64,000 nt of DNA from Chrysochromulina tobinii (Eukaryota). A program made the position numbers and the translations under genes. The notes beneath the pieces were generated by a model, which was given only the letters and a program-made list of their open reading frames with translations, searched no databases and had not been told where the DNA came from. Positions 44,611 to 55,968 of the stretch are shown piece by piece (the stretch's first letter is position 1; each line of letters opens with the position of its first letter). Location of the stretch: contig JWZX01003317.1 of NCBI GenBank assembly GCA_001275005.1, positions 1 to 64,000 of the forward strand, read 5' to 3'.

Positions 44611-45993
44611 CAGCAGGAAACGGCCGAGAAGGCCCTGAGCGATGCGCAGCTCAAGACGCACATGGAGGAGGTGAGCAAGCTGCACGAGGCCAACACCAAG
44701 GCGAGGCAGCTCGACGATCAGCTCAAGGCGGCGCTCCGCGACAAGGGCGAGCAGCAGCGGCGTGCGGAGGCGGCGGAGGCGGCGGCAGCGGCAGCGACGG
44801 CAGCGGCGGCCGCCGCCGCGGCTGAGCACGCCGCCGCGCAGCAAACGCTCTCGGACTCGCGGGCGGCGACGCAGCGCGAGTGGGACGCGGTGCAGCAAGA
44901 GCACAAGAGCCGCGCGGCGCTACTCGAAGCCACGACGACGCGAGTCGAGGCCCTCGAGGCTGCTGATGCGGAGCTGCGTGCTCAGGCGGAAGTGGAGGCG
45001 CGTGGGCGCGCTGAGGAGCGGCGCGAGCTCGAGGCAGCTCATCAGGCGGCCCTCCACCGCCTTGAGAAGCAGCTGCGCGCGACTCAGGATGAGCTCGAGC
45101 AGGTGAATGCTCAACACCGCGCGACTCAGGATGAGCTCGAGCAGGCGCACGCCGCCACTCAAGCCGCCCAAGCCGTCGCTCAGGAGGCCCACGCCGAGGC
45201 CACCGCCCAGCGTACCGGTACCACCCAGCCCTCCCAGGCCGCGCCCCCCACGGCTGCGCCCATGCACGCCAAGATGGCGGAAGGGGCCGCGCTGCCGCCC
45301 CTACCGCCTCTCGGTGCGCCCACCATGGCGCCCAACTATCTGCCCGCTGTGCAAGTGAGCCGCCGCCGGAGCGGCGGTGGCTCCTCGACATCAAAGTTCG
45401 GCGGCGGCGGCTCCGCCTCCAAGCTGGGCGGTGGTGATGGTGATGGCGGAGGCGGCGATGACATCGGGGGTGGCGGCGGCGGCGGCGGCAGTGGCACATC
45501 CAAGGCGACGCCACTCGCTCTCGCTGCAGCGCTCCCTGCGGTGCTGCCGGATAAGGAAAACGCCCGCGAGCCACCCGCGGATATGGTGCCTGTGCGGCCG
45601 ACGGGCAAGACAACCCCAAGCTGCAAGCCACCGCCTCTGGTCAAGCTCGCGCCGCCCGCCGTGGTGGACAAGCCGCCTGCGCCCAAGTCGTCCGCAGCCA
45701 AGCCCCCCGCGCCCGCTTCCGCCAAGTCCTTGTCGGCCCCTGCGGTGGTGCCGGGCCGGTCGCAGTCCGCACCGATGGCCGCACCGCCGGCTGCCAAGCG
45801 CCCACCAGAGCGCGAGCTCGAGGCCGAGGAGGTTGCGTCCAAGGATCAGAAGCGATCGCGCAGCCTTGGTGGTGGCGGCAGTGGCTCCGAGGGCGCCACC
45901 TTCAATCGGCGCAAGAGCGGCAGTGGCTCATCAATGATCAAGAACATGGCCGCCAGCGCCGCTGCGGCCAGCTTCGACCTTTTCGACTTCTAG
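43315..45993 (+). CDS. Long coiled-coil protein with Pro/Gly-rich tail
   Basis: ORF open from 43231; heptad-rich; (GCA)n poly-Ala at ~44572-44609. Confidence 0.75.
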
Positions 45994-46479
45994 AGAGCTC
46001 TGTGGAAAGCTCCGAAGGCGACGGCAAAGACCAGAGCGTTCTTGGACGGCATCGAACAGAGGGTGTTGGGCAAGGGGACGAGGGAGGAGAACACCCGTAC
46101 GGCGCGGTCAGAGGAGATGGCGGCGAGCACGGAGATTGTTGCAGCAGTGGGCACCACTCGACATCGTTGCATCGTACGACGGCTTCCCTGGACAAGTCGG
46201 GCGCCGGGCGCATACCTTGCTAGCGGCATACCCACAAGAGCCGTCCTTAGCAGGGACCGTGCGTGGCGCATTGCGCGTACGGGGTGCTGGGTGGCGAGCC
46301 GAGCACATGCACAGGCGCGGGTAATAGTATACCGGTCACGAGCGCTACGGCGAGCAGCTAATTTTTTCTTGTTGCATGCGGCCGTTTTCTGTGGCAACTG
46401 CTCGAGTCAACGCCTCACGCAGACGCCGTCGCCGCCCCAGTCGAGCATGGAGTTACTCTTGGAGTATTGAGGAAATCAG

Positions 46480-47595
46480 ATGATGCAACAATACCACGCC
46501 TACATGTATGAGTTCAACAACGCGACCAGTGAGCTCTCGCTGCGAACATATGAGGTCGGCTTAGCTCCAACCGGCTTGCGCGACTTGGACGTTGTTCACG
46601 ATGCGGACGATCGCCCAGGCATGTGGCATTCTCAGTCAGGCCAAGACCATACCGTTGCCAGCATTCTTGGCACCGCCCCTACCGGCAGAGCGCGCTTCTT
46701 TGTCGACCTCGCTGCCAACAGCCCCGTTGTATTCTCAAACACCCGTGCACTAGAGCGCGACTGGGGATGGTCGGGTATCTGCATCGAAGGCAATCCACAT
46801 CTGATTGCTGCCCTCGTTGGACGACGGCGGTGCTCTGTGGTTTGCACTCTGGTAGATAGCTCTGTACGCAGCGTCACATTTGACATCGCCAGGCACCACG
46901 GCAACGGCGTCTCCTCCATCCGGCCAGACGCGTCGAATCGCTCACTCGTCCACCACTCTTCCGAGGCCCTGACCGCTAAGACGGTGCCGCTAGGCCGAAT
47001 CCTCGCCGACCTACGCGCACCGCCCGTCATCGACTTCCTCTCGCTCGATGTGGAGGGCTTTGAGGAGCGCGTGCTCGCGGGGCACGACTTCAAGCGCTAC
47101 CACTTCCTGACGATTGCCGTCGAGCGACCCAGTGCCGTCCTGAGGGCGGTACTGCTAGACAATGGGTACGAGCACATTTTGGATCACGGCAAATACGGAG
47201 ACGAGTTCTGGATCCTGAGTAATCGGAGCCGCCTTGGCCAGGCGTGGCGAGGGAGCTTGCGTGCGGGCTTGCACTCCAGCCTCGACGATGGCGACGTTGA
47301 CGGTTACGTTGACGGGCGCGACCTCGCCGAGCGCACGCAAGCGAGCTACCGCCGCTGGCTGGCCGTCATCCACAGCCGAAACTGGAGCGTGCGGCGAGCG
47401 GGGATCAGCCCAATCACGCGAAAAAAGTCGATATATAACTGCTGTGGTGTGCCAAAGGCGTGGGTGGCAAGCGGGACGGTCCCTGCGGACGTGGGGCACC
47501 GGCCATGGGGCAGCAAGGACCCGCACGTACTTCAGGGCGGTGGCGGAGGAAGCATTGAAGTGGCCCCGGGGCGCGTGTGCACGTGCCCATACTGA
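46480..47595 (+). CDS. FkbM-family (Methyltransf_21) methyltransferase
   Basis: SQSGQD, FFVDLAAN....SNTRALE...GW.GICIEGNP, IDFLSLDVEGFE. Confidence 0.85.
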   Translation: MMQQYHAYMYEFNNATSELSLRTYEVGLAPTGLRDLDVVHDADDRPGMWHSQSGQDHTVASILGTAPTGRARFFVDLAANSPVVFSNTRALERDWGWSGICIEGNPHLIAALVGRRRCSVVCTLVDSSVRSVTFDIARHHGNGVSSIRPDASNRSLVHHSSEALTAKTVPLGRILADLRAPPVIDFLSLDVEGFEERVLAGHDFKRYHFLTIAVERPSAVLRAVLLDNGYEHILDHGKYGDEFWILSNRSRLGQAWRGSLRAGLHSSLDDGDVDGYVDGRDLAERTQASYRRWLAVIHSRNWSVRRAGISPITRKKSIYNCCGVPKAWVASGTVPADVGHRPWGSKDPHVLQGGGGGSIEVAPGRVCTCPY

Positions 47596-47825
47596 TGAGA
47601 CTTTCTAGACTTTCAGACCCACCGCAATTCAGGGGGTCCTGCCAATGTGTAGGTAGCTTAGTAAGTTACAAAGTTCTCTAGACTTTCACCCATGGTGAGA
47701 CTGTGTGCTGGGATAGACCGACCTCCGACCTCACTAGCGAAATTGAGTAGCCCGATCGAGCGAGATCTCAGTTAATTGTGTTGACCGGGAGCGGAGCCGA
47801 CTTTTGAGCTGTGGTGTGTGCGAAA

Positions 47826-47849
47826 GGACCGCGACGAAACTGATTGACT
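47826..47849 (+). promoter_or_regulatory. Recurrent upstream motif GGACCGCGACGAAACTGAYTGACT
   Basis: Copies at 29594-29617, 47826-47849, 52232-52257 (minus) and degenerate 60979-61000; regulatory role is inference. Confidence 0.4.
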
Positions 47850-47870
47850 TTCCCTCTCTGACTGGACGAG

Positions 47871-48686
47871 ATGTTTGCTCGTCTGGCACGGACGTCCTGC
47901 TGCAGCGTGGCGCTTGCCGCGACGTCAAGCCGCGTCGCGCGGTCCCGGGCCCGAGTACTGAGTACGCAGCCCTCGAGCTCGCGGCGACCTCTCCCGCAGA
48001 GCGACTTCCACGAGCTGCGCGAGCGCTCGCTGCTGCAGTACGTCATCGCCAAGTCCGCCGAGGGTGAACCTGAGTCGGTCACGGAGGCGATGGACGTTTT
48101 CTGGGACACGTACTTCAACGGCGAGGGCACTGCGCAGTGGAAACTCCGCGTAAAGGCCCTCGACGACGCCATCAGCGCGAAGACCCCACGAACGGCAATG
48201 GAAATCGGCACCTACTGTGGATACACAGCTGTGCGCATGGGTCGGCACGTGCCGCCGGGCGGCAAGCTGATCTCCGTCGAGATGGACCCGTTGTATGCGG
48301 CAATTGCCACCAAAATAATCGAGCACGCGGGACTGCGCGACCGCGTCTTCGTCGAGATCGGCACCGTCAAGGACCGGTTGGCGGCCATCCAGAAAAAGTA
48401 CAGCCTGAGCGGGCCGCTCGATGCCGTGCTGCTCGACCACGACGTAAACAGCTACCTTCCCGACCTGAAGCGCCTCGAGGCCGAGGGGCTCATCACGAAG
48501 GGCACCGTCGTGCTCTGCGATTGGTCGCTCTACCCAGGCTCGGACGATTACGGACGTCCGCTCCAGGTACCTACGGACGGCAAGGAGTTCATGACGTACC
48601 TGGCGCAGGCTGGCAGACCGACGGCGACCCACTCGCTGACTGGCAAGGAGGTGTTCACCGTCTCCTCGTGGACGGGCGTCGTCTGA
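47871..48686 (+). CDS. COMT: Catechol O-methyltransferase-like protein
   Basis: LLQYV...G.PESV..AMD.F, MEIGTYCGYTAVRM, LISVEMDP.YAAIA..IIEHAGL, LDHD...YLPDL. Confidence 0.85.
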   Translation: MFARLARTSCCSVALAATSSRVARSRARVLSTQPSSSRRPLPQSDFHELRERSLLQYVIAKSAEGEPESVTEAMDVFWDTYFNGEGTAQWKLRVKALDDAISAKTPRTAMEIGTYCGYTAVRMGRHVPPGGKLISVEMDPLYAAIATKIIEHAGLRDRVFVEIGTVKDRLAAIQKKYSLSGPLDAVLLDHDVNSYLPDLKRLEAEGLITKGTVVLCDWSLYPGSDDYGRPLQVPTDGKEFMTYLAQAGRPTATHSLTGKEVFTVSSWTGVV

Positions 48687-49191
48687 GTCGCCGCCCGAGA
48701 ACGCCGGTCAATGAAAGAGGCCATGCGGCACCGAGAGAAGCAGAAGGTACGATGCCATATGGTTCTGAGGCGGGTCGTCGCCGAGGGCGCGAGGCGTCGT
48801 TCGATGAGAGAGGATAGATACATATGGAGGCCGTGTTTCAGAGGTTGGACGGACTGAAAAGGACGAAACAAATAGGTGGTTTAGGTGGGTTTTCTCTTAG
48901 TTTTCTCGCTCGATGAGGTGCGAGGATTGCGAGGTTTGTTCGTCCGGGGGCGTCCAGGGTCGTAAACCTGTTACCGCAGGTTAAGATTGAGGCCCAACTA
49001 GGGCCGGGAGTCCGGCGAGACAGTCGCACCTGTGACCTGAGCCGGGCGTCGCCACTACCGGCTACTCCGCTCACTTGAAAGCCGCGGGCGAGTGAACGAT
49101 GACTGATGACTTTCGACAGGGCTGAACACCGTACACGCCCTGTATGCCTGGGTACCCCCCTCGCCACGTGCACGCTGCCTGTAGGCGCGAA

Positions 49192-49214
49192 TTACTTACT
49201 TACTTACTTACTTA
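49192..49214. repeat. (TTAC)n microsatellite
   Basis: ttacttacttacttacttactta. Confidence 0.9.
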
Positions 49215-49500
49215 GTGGTCTGTGGACTATATGGGAATTGAATGAGGTTCTGGACAGCACAAGGGGGACAGCACGACCCCGTTGTTCCCCGTACGAAGGA
49301 AATCCTCCTCCACAAGTAGTCACTTTTTCCCGCGCGTTCCCAATAGAGACGCGGCGCGCGAGAATGAAGGAGAATATGTACGCCGAAAACTTTGTGCTCC
49401 CCACCCGGTACCGGTACGCTCGCGAAGACGCGTGCGCACATTGATCAGTCGGGCCTTTTGATGTGAAGTTTTTTGCACCCTCACACGAGAGCGTCGCGCG

Positions 49501-50424
49501 ATGGCGAGCCCTCGACCGTCCTCAGCTGCATTACGGACCTCAAGCAGTGCGCGGGCCTCTCCGAACTCGCCTCGCTTGCTTCCGAACGCGGTGTCACGTG
49601 CGAAGAACAAGGCGCCGACTCCGAATCCGTTGCTTGCGAGGCGGCTGTCTTCTCAAGCGGATGCCAATGAATGGGCATGGTACAAGCTGCAGGAGGCGGT
49701 TGCAGCTATCTCTCCCGCGCGGACCGAGGCACAGAAAGAGCATGCGGCCTTGAATCGCTTGCTCAAACAGGAAGAAAGGGACGGCGGGCCCTTTGGCCGC
49801 AAGTACGACGAGCGGGACCGTTACGAGGACTTGCGTCAGGCAACCGAGCGCTGCTTTGCAGCCGTTGGCAGCCTACTGTCAGCAGCGGCCACCCTCGAGA
49901 TCTGTGTGGAGGCCGCTCTCATCGCGCACGTGTCGGACGACCGCAACATCCGGTGCGAGCTCGATGAGGCGCGCGCCGCGGGCGAGACGTGCCGTGCGAC
50001 GCTGACATCCGAGTTGCGGCAGGCCGAGGGCGACCGGCGCGAGGCGCTGGCTGAGGCGATGGCCTTAAAAGCCGCGCGAATGCGTGAGATCGAGACGGCC
50101 GCCGAGCACCTGGCGTACTCAAAGCGCCTGGAAGATCAGATCGTCCTGAATGACGCCAAATTCGAGGAGGCGCTGAGCGCCTTTGTTACCGTGAAATCGT
50201 CGCTTGGCCTCGAGAACGCACAGCTGCGCGACGATGTGATACGCGGATCCGAGGAATTGCACTCTCTGGCCGAAGAGCACGACGTGCTCAATGATGCGTG
50301 CCGAACGCTCAGGTTGGAAAATGAGTTGCTGCGTCTGGAGCTCAAGCGTCACATCCACGGTGACGTGGAGGCTCGCCTGGAGCAGGACCCATTGAAGTTG
50401 ACGGTGAAGAATGCGGAGACCTGA
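49501..50424 (+). CDS. Hypothetical coiled-coil protein
   Basis: 307-codon ATG-initiated ORF with GC3 bias. Confidence 0.65.
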   Translation: MASPRPSSAALRTSSSARASPNSPRLLPNAVSRAKNKAPTPNPLLARRLSSQADANEWAWYKLQEAVAAISPARTEAQKEHAALNRLLKQEERDGGPFGRKYDERDRYEDLRQATERCFAAVGSLLSAAATLEICVEAALIAHVSDDRNIRCELDEARAAGETCRATLTSELRQAEGDRREALAEAMALKAARMREIETAAEHLAYSKRLEDQIVLNDAKFEEALSAFVTVKSSLGLENAQLRDDVIRGSEELHSLAEEHDVLNDACRTLRLENELLRLELKRHIHGDVEARLEQDPLKLTVKNAET

Positions 50425-50521
50425 CCCCGTCACCCGGTGACCGTTTGCGTTTCCACCGTGCAGGTCTCACCGGCATCGACCCAGACAGCTAACATAAAAG
50501 GTTACCCATAAAAGACAATTT

Positions 50522-51853
50522 TCACCTAGCAGTAGGAGTAGCACTCGATGGGCGATACGAAATCCGCCTGGCCGCGGGCGCCGTCGTCGGCCGTACGCGC
50601 GTTGCTGTCGGCCGTGCGGATAGCGGCCTTGATATTGCGCCTGCTGGCGGCCGCGGTGAAGTCGGCCGCGAGCGGGGTTTTGATGGCGGTCGCGGCGAGG
50701 CAGGCCGTGAGTGTCGCTCGCCCGCGGATGTCAGAGGCGGTTGCGTGAGCCCAGCGTTGCGCGGGCTGAGTTGCGAGTGTGGAGTCGTCGATTGCGAGGA
50801 GACGTGCTCGACTGCTGGTGGGAAGAGTGCACCTGTTGGCTCTCCGCGCTCGGCAAACCACTGCTGCGCGCGCTCAAACCATTGATTGGCATCGGCTCCG
50901 ATGCCGATAGGTCGCCATCGCAGCCCATTTGACGGACGATCGGGCGCCTTTCGATGGCTGGGTGTGGACAGTCGGGCGGAGGCAGGCGCAGAGCGGAGGC
51001 GGCCATACACGAGTTGAGGCCCGACCGCAGCGCTTGTGAGCACTGGCGAGGGTGGTCGCTTGGGAGGCTCGGGCGGCGGCGCCTCCTTGGCCTCGCGTTC
51101 TGCCTTGCGCGCTGCTATGCGTGCGTTGGAGGCAGAGGTGCCGCTCTTGTACACGTTGTGATTCCGCGGTGATTGCCCGTCGATGGCCGCCACGTTCGGA
51201 GCGAATCGTCGCTGCGCGATCTCACTCAGATTCCAATCTCGGTCCTCGATCTCCTCAATTTTATTGAGGACAAAGCCTCCTTTGTCCGTGGTGCAGCACA
51301 CCGCTCGAAAGAGGCTGGAGAGGAACATGGCATACTCGCCTGGGTGCACGCCAAGCGTCCACAAGTCAGCGAGTGCAAAGAGCGCATCGCAGAGACCTTT
51401 CTTGTGCAGCAGCTGATCCCCCTTGAGGTCCAGCTGGTAGTCCTCGACCGCGCGCGCCTCGGCTTTCTCCCTATCGAAGGTGCTGTGGCCATAGTTGTCA
51501 AACGGGCTCAGCACCTTGTACATGCACAGCTGCCAGCGGAGGTACTGATCAAAGTCCATGCCCGCTTGAGCGGCTCCATGCCTGTCACACATTGCCGGGA
51601 AGGTGGCCAGAATCATTTTCCACCAATTGTTCAGCTCCTCGCTCACCATGGGGTGGCGGCGCAACTCCTTGCGGGCGTTCATAACGATCTCGGCGTGGCC
51701 GCTGTCGTACCTCTGTGAATGGAATCGAGTGAGCATCTCCCAGCTATCGTATAGACGCCCAAGGTTGCTGCCCTCACTCCCGCCCAGCCGCGTTGCATTC
51801 TGTGTCCTCGCTGCGATGCACCGCAACTTCGTCTCGACCAAGTGATCTTGCAA
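50522..51853 (-). CDS. Hypothetical protein (helical domain LFALADLWT...EY..FL..LF plus RP-rich tail)
   Basis: 443-codon ORF; true start probably further upstream (~51980) across an intron or frameshift. Confidence 0.65.
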   Translation of the reverse strand: MQDHLVETKLRCIAARTQNATRLGGSEGSNLGRLYDSWEMLTRFHSQRYDSGHAEIVMNARKELRRHPMVSEELNNWWKMILATFPAMCDRHGAAQAGMDFDQYLRWQLCMYKVLSPFDNYGHSTFDREKAEARAVEDYQLDLKGDQLLHKKGLCDALFALADLWTLGVHPGEYAMFLSSLFRAVCCTTDKGGFVLNKIEEIEDRDWNLSEIAQRRFAPNVAAIDGQSPRNHNVYKSGTSASNARIAARKAEREAKEAPPPEPPKRPPSPVLTSAAVGPQLVYGRLRSAPASARLSTPSHRKAPDRPSNGLRWRPIGIGADANQWFERAQQWFAERGEPTGALFPPAVEHVSSQSTTPHSQLSPRNAGLTQPPLTSAGERHSRPASPRPPSKPRSRPTSPRPPAGAISRPLSARPTATRVRPTTAPAARRISYRPSSATPTAR

Positions 51854-52823
51854 TGCATTGGTCGGTGCCAGTCGGCTGCAAGATGTTATCCCACTTGGCG
51901 CAGTGCTGCGCGCTACGAGGACGTAGCCCGCGCTTCAAATGCTCGAAAGGTGGTGGTTGCGCGCTGCGAGGAACCAGCATGCTTCGCATTTCCTCTTGAC
52001 GAACGAAGAGGAGCGCTGGGATGCCGCAGAGGCAGCACGTCAAGTACCGGTAAAGTACCGGTACGAAGGAGTTGACCGGAAATGGCTCTAAGCGGAAAAC
52101 GCTCAAGGGTAAGCTGTGGCTTGACTGGCCGATCGTTAGAGAACCGACCGCTCGCTGCGTCCTGGCCACCGATGCGCGATGGGTTGAATGGACCTATGGA
52201 CGAGAACCAATTGTGGTTTGTGGAGACAGTGAGTCAGTCAGTTTCGTCGCGCGGTCCCCGGCGCTCAGCACACCACCGTCTCAACGGACATACGGACGGT
52301 TTCGCCCAATTGTCGAATAGAAATTCTCGAATCAGGACCATCGGGGCATCCAGTTTATACAGAGGTGTGCTGAGGACTCTGTCACCGTTGCGCGTTGGTA
52401 CGCCGCGCGTACGCGCCGACCTCTGATTGATCTCGACAGACGGGAGCGCAGTGTGAAGCAGTGAGGTGTGTAGGTTCTGGGTCTAGCTGGGTTGGAAGTG
52501 TGGGTTACCGACCACTGCAACTACAAATTACACGGCGATCGGTCATCGGTGTCGCTTCTTCGTTTCCGTTCTTGCTGCGGTTTTCCGAATTTCGCACCAA
52601 ATCCCCTTTCCGGGCTTGGTCGTTCAATCAACGCCATCGTCGTCGCGGCATGGCTGATCTCCTCCGTCGCCCCGGCTGCCCGGGACACCGCGGAGCCGGG
52701 ACGGTCTTCCGCACATCACAAGATTATGATTCATGTATCTGGTGACACAAATCACAATCAGCGGGGGCGAGATGGTGCGTCGCCTGTGCGCTGTGGGTTG
52801 CGTGCGACGGCAGAACGCGCGTC

Positions 52824-54049
52824 TCACGGGACCTTGAACACGGCCGTGTTGCACAGGAAAGGGTTCTGAAAGGTGGTCTGCTCGCCAGCACTCTTGCCTG
52901 GCACGGGGAAGAGGCGCGCGCTGAGCGGCTTGTCGAGGCGGTAGGCCAGCGCCGCCACGTCGAGGAACAGAGCCGCGAGCTTCGCGGGCGGCACGTCGCC
53001 GGGCACGGGCACGGTGTCGAGGCCAATGCCGCACACGGCTGAATACATCAGCAAGTCGTGGATCGAGTAGCCGCGGGCCGACGCGCGACGCGCGAGTCCA
53101 GCGTCCTCGCATGGCGGCAGCATTAGTCCGGAGTAGCCACAAAGCGTGAGCGATGAACTGAGAGACTTGACAGCGCCGGTCACGAGCGCTGAGACGGCGA
53201 GGGTGCCCGACTCGCCAAACTCGCCCAGCCCGAGGCTCGCAAAGGCGTCCGCGAGCGGCGGCGCCGAACCGAGCGGCGCCACCGAGGCGTCGAGGCCCGC
53301 AAAGAGGAGATCGTGCGAGCTCGCGAGCTCGCGCGCGAGATCCTCGAGTGGCCGCATCTGCGCCTCGAAAGTTGCGCGTACGAGCTCGCGCGCCTTGCGT
53401 AGGTCGCCGGCAGCGCGCGGTAATGCGTCGGCGAGAATCGCCGACGTCTCACAACCGATGCCGAAGGATATAGGGCCGCCTCCGCTGTAGCTGGCTGGGA
53501 AGAAGGGTGTGCCTGGACCCACGTTGCACGAGACGCAGAACTGGAAGTTACCCTCGCCGCCCTCGGTCTCGGCGGCGATACGCAAGACGGTGTCGGCGAG
53601 CCACGTGGCCGCCTGGGCGTCGAGCGCATCCGGGATCACGCCCGAGGCGCTCAGGCGCGGGCCGAGCTTGATGATGTCGGGCACCAGCGCGATGCCCTCG
53701 GCCGTGCTCGCGGGACCCACATTGAAGAGGCGGATGGAAAGCCGCTTGCACTCATCATCGATCGCACGAAAGCTCTGCAGCGCCGCGGCGCTGTCCGACA
53801 CGTCGATATAGTCCTCGAAACTGTTCGTGGCAACTCTGGTCGTCTGCACCTCGAAGCCCTCCGCCGTCAGCCGCTCAGTGGCTGCCGCATTGAAGCTCAC
53901 CGCCTTGACGATCGGTGATAGGTCGAGGGGCGTGCCGCGCGAGAGCGTGACAAAAGTGGTAACCGTGCGCACTTTTATCAGCTTGCCATTGGCCGTGTAT
54001 GGCGTCGGCGGGGGCGTCGTCGCCATCATCACGAATTCCGCAAGGTTCA
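52824..54049 (-). CDS. DUF711 / UPF0210 family protein
   Basis: KVRTVT.F, VQTTRVAT, PFFPASY, GLDASVAP, CGYSGLMLP..ED..LA, SAVCGIGLDTVPVPGD, KPLSARLFPVPGK; start uncertain (54049-54025). Confidence 0.85.
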
Positions 54050-54373
54050 TGGACAGAAACTCACTCCACCCCAAACAAGAACAACCTAAACAGGAAGCCT
54101 GACGACTTGATTGGACTTGACTTGAAAACTCGGCCGAAACTCATCTCTGACCCAGTCGCTCTGGCCTCTGCACAACCGTCGCGAACTCCCACCGACCGCT
54201 CATGGCGGCTTATCTGCCCGCAGATCTCGCGCGCTTAGGGTTGGCAGGCTCTGCGCACAGAGTCGCCTCCACCTCCACCGCCGCCGCCACACCGGGCACC
54301 ACCGCCGCCAACGCAGCCTCAGGCACAGCTCGAACCGTGCCCAAATCCAAAAGAGCCGCCCGGGTTTCTCGGA

Positions 54374-55609
54374 ATGGAGGTGTTACGTGCCTACGCATCG
54401 CACCGTTCAAACGCCAAACTGATTGGGGCGCTTCGCGGGCAGTTTCCGCCCACGCAGTACCGCTTTGGCTCTGGGCACGGCACCTTTACTGGGCCGTACT
54501 TTGGCATCGATCAGCCAGTGCCCCGGCTCACGCTCGAGCAGTTCAAGGGCGCGTTGCGCGAAATGCAGCTCAATCTGCCGCAGGGCGAGATCGAGGCCGT
54601 CTTCAACACGATCGACGGCATCGATGGCGATGTCAACGGCTCGATCAGCCTGTCGGAGCTGCTGCGCGAGATCCGAGCCGAGCCGAGCGACCGGGCCGTG
54701 TACAAGCAGCGCAAGCATCTCGGTCAGATCTGGTCCGAGAGCCGAAAGCCCACAAGCTCTGGGCCGGAGAATTTGCGCGTCAGGCCGACAGTCCGCAGCG
54801 GCTACAGCAGCCAGGATGGCTATCGCAAGGCACCCGTGCTGCCAGCGGAGAATGTGCCGCCGCCTAAGCCACAGCCACCGCCGGTATACGCCGACGTGCC
54901 CTACCGCATCGCGCCCCCCGACAGCGACAGTACGCCCTTCAACTCAGGCGCCAATGCACTCAAATCGAACGTCTACTTTGGTCCGAGCGAGGAGTCCGGC
55001 GAGTGGCATCGAAAGGCGCCGCCCGGACCGCCCAAGGTCTCCCGTGGCAACTGGGCGCACGTGGGGCGTGGGCCGCAGCTGCACACGGCCGAAGTGGAAC
55101 ACCCTGATCGGTGGGTGCGAGATACGATCGGCCAGAGCCGCCCGGTCCCACGACCAACGAGCAACGCGCGCGTGATGCCGCCCGACCCGAGCCCATTCAC
55201 GCGCTCCAGCAGCGTCTTCATCGGCGGTGATCCCGAGCCACCGCCGCCGCCGCCGCCACCTCCGCCCACGTACACCGTGCTGAAGGCGAACCCATGGGTA
55301 AGCGGCTACAACCGCTCCGGACGCAATCCCGAGTTTGAACGCACTGTTCCCTCCGTCCCGCCGGAGTGGAACGGTGTCCAGCAGCGTAATGAAGCGTGGG
55401 AGTCCGATATAAACGCGCCGCCGCCCAAGAATCAGGGCTCCTCGGAGTGGAGCAGTGTTCGGCAGCGCAAGGAAGCGTGGGCGTTTGGTAACGCACAGCC
55501 GCCCAAGAAGAAGGGCGCCGGCGCGCTCGACTCTGAGGACTTCATCGTCGTGCCGTCGCGCGAGAGCGGCTGGGTATCCAACGAAGGCTCGGTCAAGTTC
55601 TCGCGGTGA
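54374..55609 (+). CDS. EF-hand-containing Pro-rich protein
   Basis: LTLEQFKGAL...EIEAVFNTID...NGSISLSEL. Confidence 0.7.
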   Translation: MEVLRAYASHRSNAKLIGALRGQFPPTQYRFGSGHGTFTGPYFGIDQPVPRLTLEQFKGALREMQLNLPQGEIEAVFNTIDGIDGDVNGSISLSELLREIRAEPSDRAVYKQRKHLGQIWSESRKPTSSGPENLRVRPTVRSGYSSQDGYRKAPVLPAENVPPPKPQPPPVYADVPYRIAPPDSDSTPFNSGANALKSNVYFGPSEESGEWHRKAPPGPPKVSRGNWAHVGRGPQLHTAEVEHPDRWVRDTIGQSRPVPRPTSNARVMPPDPSPFTRSSSVFIGGDPEPPPPPPPPPPTYTVLKANPWVSGYNRSGRNPEFERTVPSVPPEWNGVQQRNEAWESDINAPPPKNQGSSEWSSVRQRKEAWAFGNAQPPKKKGAGALDSEDFIVVPSRESGWVSNEGSVKFSR

Positions 55610-55968
55610 GTTGCAACTGGGTCGAGAAACTAGAATTTGGTGTCGTGTGGACTGAGTGTGGTGAACTGGTCAATACTGATGGCGTAGTCAGTGTGCATGT
55701 ACCTGTGCAATGTACATGTTTGTTCTTCGCATGGCATCAACACGATTCAAAGTACGCAAAGCGTCCGGACGTCTCGCGCTTACCCCCCCACAACTTTTTC
55801 CCAAAAACGTCACACCCGTGACACCTGCTTCACTTTGCAAAACAGACACCGCGCCGCGGAACCGGGGCCGACCTTCTCTTGGAAGACAGCCGCAAGCTCG
55901 CGGTCGCCCCGAAGCCACCCCCATAGAAGAGCGTGCTCTGCCGAGCCGTGTGTCCGTCCCAAGAATAG

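Noticed and set aside
4756..48686. Glycan or cell-covering biosynthetic cluster (UGDH, dehydratase, P4Hs, SGNH protein, methyltransferases)
   Set aside because: Genes are scattered among unrelated housekeeping genes; no evidence of co-regulation
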